The translations under genes and the position numbers were made by a program. The notes under the pieces were generated by a model that was not told the DNA's origin, did not search any database, and was given only the letters and a program-made list of their open reading frames with translations. Of a stretch of 64,000 nucleotides of DNA, positions 51,301 through 61,357 are shown piece after piece; positions within the stretch are counted from its first letter, which is position 1, and every line of letters starts with the position of its first letter. This DNA comes from Hydrurus foetidus (lineage: Eukaryota): assembly GCA_900617105.1 (NCBI GenBank), contig UYFQ01000596.1, forward strand, positions 1-64,000, in the 5' to 3' direction.

Positions 51301-53252
51301 ACATCTTCAGGTAAGATGTCGCAGTTTAGAAATGTCCCAGCTCTCAACGCGGAAATGAATTTCTGATCTGGTGGGAATCCCAAACTCGCTTGCAAACGGC
51401 GTGCATCGATGCTTCTCTGAACTTCGCGTTTCGAGAATTTGGCTTCGTTGGCTTCCGTTGTGGCAAGTTTTGTAGAGTATAATATGTTCATAGATGATGT
51501 TTCTATCACCACGGAGTGAGCATATGCAGTTCTGCGCTCTGCGGCGTCAGAATATCTCGGCTCTGGAGGCGTTGCCAAATCGTTGACATATAGCCCTCCA
51601 CGATGTTGAAATTTGTAGGTATTCTGATCAGTATGAAGCAAAAATGCATCTTGATCTATTGTAGAACCCTGGCGAAACTCCCAGTTGTGTCCTTGCAGCA
51701 GACAATCCGATGCCGAGATGATGGAGAGTCCAGCACGTGGGTCGAAGTGAACGATGCCAATGTCGCGAAGGTTTGCTGTTTTAGTTACAGTGAGAGAACC
51801 ATGCAAGCCATTGAATACAGTTGGAGTGCATGTCACAATGTTACTCAGCACATCTGCACATGTGATGATGGTGCCTGTAGCTCCTGTGTCGAAGATGGCC
51901 TCCGATGTACTTCGTTGATTGATGTTACGGTTGGCGGAAAAATCGGTCCGAGGACCGAGGGTTGCGAGTTTCACCGGTGAGGTGGTGTAGCACACACTAC
52001 AGTTCCTTTCGCCATATTGATTCTTGTCATCCTCTTGATCCCACATTTGGCCAAAAGCAGTGTAGACATCATCTGAAGCACTGGAGTCAACTCCGTCAGT
52101 TTGTCTCCTGGCCAAATATGATATTTGTGGGGCTGAAGGGGGCTCTCCAGCGGCCTTCTTTCTGCACTCACTAGCACGATGCCCAGCCTTTCCACAGTGG
52201 TAACACGTTCCACTGAATTTACCCTCCTTCACATCTTTAGCAAACGTGACTTTAGGTTCCTTGATTTTCGCTGGGTTAATTTTCTTGGCTTTTTCTTTGA
52301 CGGGTGATTTCTCTCCCTTTGGGGACCCACCCGGTTTGACGGGGTTCTTCGCTGCAAGTGCCGTATGGGGGTCACTATCGCTGATTGCAATGCGCTACCC
52401 TTTGTCCCACGATGGAATCTAGTTGCTCCATTAATTGCCTCCACCAGAGTCTTCGGATAGATGTCAATTGCGGTGCACTCCAGGGAATTACTGAGGTAGT
52501 TTTTGTAGTCGTGGTAGACCTGCACGGTACTACTCAGACCATCAATGAACCTCATAGATTGTTGTTTTGCATCTGGAATTTGTGCTGCTGGAACTCCTGT
52601 TGCAGCGAGTCGATCAAAAGCTTCACCGCACGACGTCCGTACGTTACGATGTCTTCGCCCGTACTCATGGTGAGTGTATACCAATCCCGTAGGGCCTGGG
52701 ACCGCTCTAATTCCTGATTCCCATCACATCTTGATGTGACTACTGACTTGATTACATCAAGTAGTCCAAGTGGGTCGTCAAATTTGACAGCGATGAAGTT
52801 TGCCTCCACTACCAGAATTGCATTGAGTGATGGTGAACACATCGATCGAATCAGTCGATAAGCTGATCTACGGTCCTCCATTTGCTTTCTCCTCATCTTT
52901 GTCACGACCGCTCTGTCGTTATTCAGGTCTGCCATTATTAACTTGGCTCGAAATCCTTTTGGATCAGTGATTTCGTCCAACGCCTCCAATGCAGTGAAGT
53001 CTGGTTCCGAAAATAGGTACACCTCGTAGGCCGGTTTTAGGGTCAGCATCATAGGGTCGGGACAGATCGACTCGAGATCCTGAAAGTTGACTCTCATGTA
53101 CTCTTTCAGTCTCTGAATGTTATCGTCCCATTCTTTCCACCCGTTGTGAGTGATCTCAGGGAGACTCTCTGGCCTCACACCATCTCCAGGCGTGGTTTTT
53201 CGGCCTTCTCAGATTTGGATTGGGCAGCGCCCTTCTCGCCTTGCTTGCTCAT
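48345..53252 (-). CDS. Copia A Gag-Pol (gag in several frames; 1295-aa pol ORF intact)
   Basis: CYHCGKAGHRASEC, FDTGA, HCDIM...SDNE...ER, KARFC, KALYGC, YVDD, IDAA, SSTESE, DNQS, DYFTKPL. Confidence 0.95.
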
Positions 53253-53267
53253 TCTGAGCAGCTCACG

Positions 53268-53278
53268 ACTTCTAATTA
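53268..53278 (-). promoter_or_regulatory. Non-tRNA PBS of Copia A (TAATTAGAAGT), complementary to LTR 53440-53450
   Basis: 11/11 reverse complement, abutting the 5' LTR. Confidence 0.85.
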
Positions 53279-53894
53279 TCTTGGAATAAGTCTGCCTTTT
53301 GGATCCTGGATCCAGTCAGAGCACCTGGTTGATAGCAGTGGTTCGTTCAGAACACACTTTGCTTTCAGCTAGTCGACCAAGTCGTTCCAACAGCTCACTC
53401 AAGTGTAGGTATAATGGCTCACAGCCATATAGTCTCTTTTAATTAGAAGTGCTCATCATGTCAAAACAAAGCAGTTCATGGCTAGCTATACTAGCTATAG
53501 TTGACTGTTCACAGTCATCATCAGTTGCAACTTCCAGTACAGTTCGAGTGATGGTCTTGAGTCTGAAAACGCTACCCTCGCTCCTCCGCTTGGGCTTAGA
53601 TGATATTACCCCAAAGGGATTTCCCCCAAGGGGATCGTCCCCGTAGGGATAGCTATGCTATATCCAACAGTTCCCGTTGGCAATTACCGTGTCGAAATTT
53701 CCGTGATTCTGGTTGTTGTCAAAATCCTAATCTCACTTCAAAATGGCAAAAGAGTAGGCACTCGACGGTCGACGGTATATGCTCCAGATTGGAGATGATC
53801 TCCAGCTCCAATTCCAGTTCAATTTCATGCTGTGCACTTAGGAGTAGAGAGTTACAAGAAAATCTAATGAAATTGATTTGCGCTTGAAGTACTG

Positions 53895-54845
53895 ATGCAC
53901 AACCGTGTTGCTATCAGCGAAGATAAAATCCTTGATGCTTATCCCGTGTCTAGGGTCACACCTGCAGCTCTTCATCATGATATGTTCGCACTCAATTTTA
54001 GAAATAAAAATCCCATAATTCTCGACGGTGCAGCGCTGCCATGGTTCGGAATCTGTGGCTGTACCGACGATCCGGCAGAAAAAGTGATTGAGAACCTCGA
54101 GGAATGTGAAGCTGAAATGTTACTAGCTCTGGATGGAAAGAATTTCCTGCAGCGTTCACTGTGCAGCAGCAGAGAAGTAAATCTCAAAGAGGAAACGAGG
54201 AAAATCTTTTCGGAACATGGCATCTTTCAATCCCGCGAAAATCTATCTGTGGAATCGGTACCACAGCGGAAGTATATTCGCATTTACTTTGACTCGCACA
54301 CGAAGCTGCTTCACAGAATTGATCTATCTTACTTAAAATCATTGGCCACAAATGCCTCTCCTACCACAACCTCGATTGTCACGGAGCCCAGGGAAAACAA
54401 GTCTGATTGTATTGTGCCATTTAAACTGAGGAATATCGGTTTGTGGATGAGCAGTGAAGGATGCGTGACACCTCTCCATTTCGATAAATGTCACGGTTTT
54501 CTCGCTCAGATAATTGGCATCAAAACCTTTTTGTTGGCATCAAGTGCAGAGTCTGACTTGTTGCGATACTGGAGGGAAGAAAGCGATGGTTACTACGAGA
54601 ACGGAACCACTAGCTCTGTCAATCTTGGGCTCTGGCTCGAAGGGAATATCAATGAGAGGGTAAAACACCCGCTTATTGAAGATGTGGCGTGGTTTATTGC
54701 AAAACTCTGTCCTGGTGACATACTCTACACACCTCCAGGCTGGTGGCACTATGTGATCAGTGAGACAGCATCTGCATCTATACTAATCCCTTTTGATCCG
54801 CAGCCATCTACTGAGACTCTGCCGAGGAACGTCCTGCTTTCCTGA
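53895..54845 (+). CDS. JmjC / cupin-like 2-oxoglutarate-Fe(II) oxygenase
   Basis: TPLHFD (HxD), AQIIG.K, L.PGDILYTPPGWWHYV. Confidence 0.92.
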   Translation: MHNRVAISEDKILDAYPVSRVTPAALHHDMFALNFRNKNPIILDGAALPWFGICGCTDDPAEKVIENLEECEAEMLLALDGKNFLQRSLCSSREVNLKEETRKIFSEHGIFQSRENLSVESVPQRKYIRIYFDSHTKLLHRIDLSYLKSLATNASPTTTSIVTEPRENKSDCIVPFKLRNIGLWMSSEGCVTPLHFDKCHGFLAQIIGIKTFLLASSAESDLLRYWREESDGYYENGTTSSVNLGLWLEGNINERVKHPLIEDVAWFIAKLCPGDILYTPPGWWHYVISETASASILIPFDPQPSTETLPRNVLLS

Positions 54846-55800
54846 AGATGATGCGCATCGCATTCATCAGCGATACTTGAGAGGAGGCAAATGCATGGCA
54901 GTTCAACTATTTTTCAACTATTTTTCAGTTCTTATGATGAAATTTTCTTTTAAGAAATTGCCGCATTTGCGAGAAACGTAAGCGCAAGGAAAATCGTGGC
55001 ATGCTTCGGGATTTGTCCTGAGACAGTTATTTGTCATTTTAATTTTTTGTGTTCGTATTGAAGGGGTATTTACCAATGATGGTGCTCGACAGACTAGATC
55101 TTCTAAAAATGATATCAGCTGTTGGTCCGAGGCATCGACGTTGCTGGACGGCGCACGTTGAGAGGATGTCAGATTACGCCCATTGTCGTGATTGAAGTGC
55201 CATGAGTGGAAATTTAAAGTCTCATTTGTGATGGAGAAAAATAATGGAGGATACTGCTGAACGTGATATGGAAAGTTTTATAAATCCTGCTGGGAAGACA
55301 GCAGTTCTTCTAATCTTACATGTCACACCTTGAAAGTCATCTGCCTTATCAACTGTTATCTATTAATCTTTGATGCAATCCACTACACGGATTAGACGGC
55401 AGCCGCGATTGGAAGAACCCGCGGATTCTGAAAGCAGGAATCCGAATTGCAGGGGAATCCGAAATAAAGCTGTTAATCTCGAGCTTGATCGGATCTGCAG
55501 CATTGTTCTGCAGACACAGTTTTCAGTTTTCAGTATAAAGTAATACCGTATAGTTATCCGTATCGTTTTCTATTATCAGAGAGACCAGTACTTACGCCTA
55601 AAATACATGAAAAAGTTCGAAAAATCGCATGAAAAAGCACTTTCAGAACATAAATAGTGCTTTGTTATCTGTCAATCCAATTGCAGTTATCCCATAAAGG
55701 GAAAAGCTCCATTACGACTAATCAAATCTCGGGCTCCATTTCTGGTTTCCTCAACGTGAAGCTGAAGGTTTCGAGACAAGATAGCATCTGTAGACACAGG

Positions 55801-57291
55801 ATGGAAAACATCGGTCATCATGAGACTAAAAAAATTATCCGTTCAAGTAGCGAGAAGGAGATGCTTGTGCAACCTTCTTCTGGTAACCGTTTTTCCGAAA
55901 TGAAGTTGCTGGGCTCCGGTACGTTTGGTGAGGTATGGAAAGGTTTCGATGGTAAACTCAAATGTTGGGTGGCTATTAAGACATTTCAGGAGGTGTCCTC
56001 GGACAATTTAGGAATCAATATGATGGTTATCCGAGAGATTTCGCTCCTGAGGAAATTGAACCATCCCAATATAATGAGGATGTTAGATGTGCTCATCGGG
56101 GGAAAAGTTGACAGCAAAGGCCTCTTAATAGTGATGGTGAGGGGAAATGCCTTGGAATGATTGTATGGAACTTTCTAATCTTAATGGCTAACGGCAGGAA
56201 CTAGCAGAGATGGACCTTCACGACTATCAGCGCAAATTTGGAAAGTTTCTCTGCCTAACCAAAGTAGAATTCATAATCAGGCAAGTTCTGGAAGGATGCT
56301 CCTACCTGCACAGTAACCATGTTATGCACAGGGACTTGAAGCCAGACAACATCCTGATATGTAGTGCTACCGGCATGACAAGAGTCGCTGATTTCGGATA
56401 CGCTCGCACCTTCTCGAACATCAACTCTGCCGCTGCATGCTCATCCCGGTACAGCTGGCCTATCCAGGTAACTTTCTCCTTGATATGAGAATCATCCTGA
56501 TCACTGGTCGCCATCACTACCCTAAAATCATCCTTCAGGCTCCATCTTACAAGGCCCCTGAGGTCTTGCTGGGGTGCGATTGTTACACATCAGCGGTAGA
56601 CGTATGGTCTATCGGGTTAGTCCGTGTTCCTGTCCACCGTCACATTTAGCTTCATCAATTCATCTAATCTCTTCGGAACCATTGTCATCAGGTGTATGTT
56701 TTGTGAGTTGCTATCTGGGGGACGGAAGCTTTTTGGTGCTGCGGGAGTTGCTCCTTGGGTGGAGCCAGAAAGACGCAGCAATCGGAAAAGGGGGCGGCGT
56801 GAAGACTCTGTCGTGGTGATGAGTCAGCCAAATCAGATTTACAGACTCTCCAGTGGTGTGCAGATTGATTCCGTGTCGTCCAGTTGTGAAAGGAATGGAA
56901 CGCTTGTCTCATCACTCACAGCGATATTCAAGGTGCGTTGGGGGCATATTTATTCATTCTGACTGTGCAGTTCATTGACACAAGACAGAAAACATTTTTG
57001 TGACAGATATTCGGCCCACTGAGTGACAGCCACGCGCCTGCTCTGCGTCACCTGTCCTTGTTTAGGAAGTTTGCTGCTGCAAAGAGTGATGTATGTAGTG
57101 GACAAGAGAAGGACGTTGTCCGTGTCGCTAGGGACATTTTTTATGATTTGGTTGAACCGCATATGCGCGATGCCGCTGCGATAAGGCTACTCCTTCAATT
57201 ACTCTGTGTTGATCCGGTCAGGCGCGTCACCTGTTCCTCGGCATTAAACAATTGTTTTTTTAACTCTGCAACTTGGTCTGCGGCCGAGTGA
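55801..57291 (+). CDS. Divergent CDK-like Ser/Thr kinase, 5 exons
   Basis: GSGTFG, VAIK, IREISLL, HRDLKPDN, DFG, YKAPE, DVWSIG. Introns at about 56137-56197, 56468-56538, 56616-56691 and 56933-57006. Confidence 0.92.
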
Positions 57292-57626
57292 AGATGGTCA
57301 GTAAAAGCTTCGGTTTCGTTGTGTTAAGCAAAACATCTTTAGATTAGAAATTGTTGTTTAACATTGGGCATTTGAATGCTGTTGTGCTTTTTGTGAAGCA
57401 GTCTGTGGTAGCAGATTAAAAATGAACATGGAATTTCAGATGATTTCGGGCTGATGGTGTGCTATTGGGCGCAGCAAAAGATGTGAAGGCGCACTAGCTG
57501 TGCCGTGCCGATCGTCTAAATGGTACTTACTATTTGCAGGTGCCTTCGCGTAGCGAATATAATGTGCTTCACAGGAGAATTGGTAACATTTTCGTACAAT
57601 TTTTTCACTTTAGCCGGATAAACGTG

Positions 57627-58370
57627 TCACTGGGATAATTTTGGCTTGGGTCTCCAGGCCAGTGCCCAGCCGTGACTCTTCGGTGGCGATGTCTGAGGTG
57701 TTGTGGGTGTCTTTAAGCTTAGTGAGCTGTCGATGACGCCGGTTGTGGAGTTCTTCGTGATGTACGAATGTGGCGGTAAACTTTTCCTCCCGAAGTCACT
57801 GTCTTCCCCATTTGTTGATTGTTCCACGTCGAAGCCATATTTTCCCGTCGTGTCGTTAAGATACTCTTCGTCCCCGCTCTCCTGAAAAGATACTCCTGAG
57901 TTGTCCCCGCTGGTAAACGATTTGTCTCCGAGACTGCTCGTGTACTCAGCTAGCCACTGTTTGCGTTCATGGTCGTGTGGTTGATACAGTTCGAAGATGG
58001 CCTCTTTCGCTGTTATTCCACGTGATGTCAGGTGCGCACGAAGTTCGTTAACTGCATCGTGCTTGAACCGCACGTACTCCTCCGCTTTCCAAAACAAATC
58101 ATTCATAAGTGGTTTCATTTCGGTACGTGACAGCACGAGACAAATGTGAACTGTCGTCGAGAATTTCAAGTTCAATTTCACTTTCTTTTCAGCTGGGTCC
58201 GAGTTACGGTTCGTAGATGAGAGAGCGGAACGCAGTCCCGGCGCTGGTGTCATTTTCGATGTTCTCGTTGGCGAGGAGTCGGGGGATGAGTCACCGTCAT
58301 CTGCTGAAAGAAAGGAGTCCTCTGTGCTGTAGCTGTCTTCACTGGCGTCATCGAGATCGTAAGTTTTCAT
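57627..58370 (-). CDS. Hypothetical protein (247 aa)
   Basis: Clean ORF with low-complexity ends and a central LKFSTTVHICLV...LFW...Y..FK block. Confidence 0.7.
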   Translation of the reverse strand: MKTYDLDDASEDSYSTEDSFLSADDGDSSPDSSPTRTSKMTPAPGLRSALSSTNRNSDPAEKKVKLNLKFSTTVHICLVLSRTEMKPLMNDLFWKAEEYVRFKHDAVNELRAHLTSRGITAKEAIFELYQPHDHERKQWLAEYTSSLGDKSFTSGDNSGVSFQESGDEEYLNDTTGKYGFDVEQSTNGEDSDFGRKSLPPHSYITKNSTTGVIDSSLSLKTPTTPQTSPPKSHGWALAWRPKPKLSQ

Positions 58371-59072
58371 TTTGTGCGTAGAACGGTTGTGATCGACAGT
58401 TACAGGTGCGCAGCCTGTGATGATAGTGAATAGTGGAGACTTCTATGATGCCATCAGCGAATGGATACGTCCCAATTTCAAAATGCTGTGCGTGAAGGGA
58501 GTCTGCTTTTAGCACCACGTCATCGCTCCGGGAGAAGATCGCAGATTTCTGATGATTTTTAGACGTGCGTATGTGCGTATGCTGAAAACTTCAGAAACGT
58601 ACCGTACGCTTTTACATACCTATTTTAATTTATTTTTTTTGAAAAAGCACAGATCGATCATAGATCGAGATCCGATGGATTGATCCCATAGCAAGTTCAG
58701 TAGAACAGTAGAACATGAAACTCAATCCAGAGCCGAGCAGCACGATGAAGGGTATGTTGGAGTATCCGGAGAAAATACACTGCTGTAGTTGTATAGTATA
58801 TGTATGGATCCTGACGGTCAGCGGTATGCGTCCTGGGGATGTGGACCGTGGACCGTTAGTTGTTTGGGCTCGTGGAGCCGTCCATTCATCTATCTTCAAC
58901 ATGGATAGAACATGTGCAATTGCCTTGATATGTAAAGCTTCGTTGCCGTCTTGATTGATGCCGGTGCACAAGTTTAATTATCAAGTAATTACACAATACA
59001 AGTCTATTTTACGAGCCTTGGGTCACCGGTCACAAGAGTCACTAAGCATCCGGAAGTCGAGGATTCCCAACA

Positions 59073-59082
59073 TAATTAAACT
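59073..59082 (+). promoter_or_regulatory. Non-tRNA PBS of Copia B (TAATTAAACT), complementary to LTR 58971-58980
   Basis: 10/10 reverse complement, abutting the 5' LTR. Confidence 0.8.
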
Positions 59083-59098
59083 AGATCAGCGCATCGAG

Positions 59099-61357
59099 AT
59101 GCCGCCGAAGAAACAAGAAGAACCAAAATCAGGTGCAGAGCAGTGCATGCTGAGAATCGGACGTTACAACAACGTGGTGCAATGGAGGGAAGACATGCAG
59201 AACGAGGCATGCGGCCTGTACGGGATGACCGGCACGTTCTTCACCACCAACAAAAGCTACGTCCACCCGTATCCTCGCGAGGAGGATTACAATCCCACCT
59301 TTCAAACAGTGGAAGTCGATATTCCGACGGCGGGTACCGAAAATGAAGACGAGGAAGACGAGTCCGTAGACCTCGAAAATGTCATGATCGGGCCACAGCT
59401 CCCACCAGCGCCTCCTGCCGTGTACTCCGAGGCACTCATCGACAAGCTGCGAGCCAATGCGTTCGAAGGACGCCGCAAGGCAGTCGAAACGCAAAAAGTC
59501 GATGAGCAAAAGCTCTTTCCACTGATGTGGTCGAGAATGTCGACCGGGTCCAAATCCAAGGTGCGCGAGGAGCCAGGCTTCGAAGCGGCTCGCCTCAGAC
59601 TGGACAGTGTAAAACTGTGGGAGTACATTCGAAGAAGTCACCTAACTCACATTTACGGTGAAGACGATTCGATGCGAGCGATGAATGTGCACGAGCAGAC
59701 CATTAGGTACAACTACCTCAGACAGGGTGAGCGTGAGGTAATCGGCGATTTTAAGACACGCTTCGATAACCAGGTATTGGCCAACAGAGGTGTTGGTATG
59801 ACCGAAGTTGAAGAACCGATTAGGGCAATCGACTTCCTCAGTAAGTTAGATCCGAAAAGGTATACCATGTTGACTCTAATGCGTAACAACGCCGTACAAA
59901 ACCTGCCGAATAGTTTCCCTTCTACCTTAGCCGGAGCCTACAGGGTAGCGTCAGCTCGGAGGGTAGCGTCCTGGACCAGCTCGGGCGGAGGAGTCCCCCT
60001 CGGCGCCGAGCAACATTCCGCATTCCTGACGGATTCTTTGATAGGTACAAAGGAAAAAGTCGCGGGAAAAGGATCGAAGGGGAAGACAGCTGGAACGAAA
60101 AAGAAGTCATCGTCAGTGATATGCTTCGTATGCGGAAAGACAGGACATTTCGCAAGAGACTGTGAACAGCGCAAAGATGGAGAGCATGCGCTGCTCACTA
60201 ATGTTGAAGAGGATGTCGAAGAAGATGACGAGAGCATCGAGGCAGATTTTGTCACGACAGAAGAAGTCGCACTGTTCACACAAAGTCATGTGCTGCTGGA
60301 CAATCAGGCCTCGGTGAACATCTTTTGTAACCCGGCGCTGCTCACAGACATTAGAAGATCGCAGCATGCAATCCTCCTCAATGGAGTCCAGTCAGGTGCG
60401 AAGGGTGTCCGAGTCAATCAGGAAGGAAACTTCGGCGACATCGGACCAGTCTACTTCAGTCGCGGAGCGACCGCCAATATACTATCATTCGCGGCGATGG
60501 CAGACAGCGGAGCAGACATAAGCTACAACCATGAGAGTGGGTGCTTCACCCTACGACCAGCCGGCAGCAGGACAACGTACAGCTTCAGTAGACAGACCCT
60601 TCCCGGATCGACAGGGAGATTCTACGTATGGGACGCGAGCAGCGTGGCGAGCGTTTGACCTCCGGAAGAGGTGCTTGTGACGACTGTCCAAGACAACATG
60701 GCACGCTTCACGAAGCGCGAGATTGCATCGGTAGCAGCAGCCAGAGAGCTGCTAGCTCGAATGGGTTACCCTCCAGTCGAGATGGCAATTGCAATGATCA
60801 GGGGAGGGAACAACTTCAGTGTCTCCGAGGGAGATTTCAGAAACGCGCATACGATCTGGGGTAAATGTCTCGCCAGCCTCAGAGGCAAGACCCACAAGAA
60901 ATCGTCACCAGTGGCTGACATTTCACTGACACCTGCACCAGCGCAGCAGCAGCAAGTGTTGAGTGTAGACATAATGTATCTGGAGACAACAGCGATACTT
61001 ATCGCCGTTTCTACCCCGTTGGATATGACCCTCGCTGTGAGCCTTATCCGACTCGACACTGAGAAGACCTCGCGAGCTGCTGCAATAGTGAAACCTGAAT
61101 TGAACGAAATGATATCTGTTCTCAAATCCAGGAACTTCTTGGTGCAAGTGATCATGTCTGACGGAGAAGGTGCTATCGGGAAAATGAGGGTTGATTTGCT
61201 GGCACTGGGGATAGAGGTAGATGTCAGCGCAGCTGGCGGACACGTAGCCAGAATCGAACGACGAATTCAGATGATGAAGGAGCGAGCACGTGCTCACCTC
61301 AACGGTAGAATCCCATTCACTCCAACAGAACTCTGCCTAACATATCTAGCTCTATAC
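59099..61357 (+). pseudogene. Copia B Gag-PR-integrase, interrupted
   Basis: CFVCGKTGHFARDC, LLDNQAS, VDIMY...SDGE...IERRI; frame break near 60650. Confidence 0.9.

Larger units (their letters stand above)
47790..53669 (-). mobile_element. Ty1/Copia LTR retrotransposon, family A, full length
   Basis: 391-bp LTRs at 47790-48180 and 53279-53669 (2 mismatches seen). TSD GTTCC on both sides; PPT AGGGGTG; order PR-IN-RT-RH. Confidence 0.97.
58755..61357 (+). mobile_element. Ty1/Copia family B, 5' part, interrupted by Copia C
   Basis: LTR 58755-59072 (TGTTGG...CCAACA), then gag, PR and IN, cut at 61358. Confidence 0.9.
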
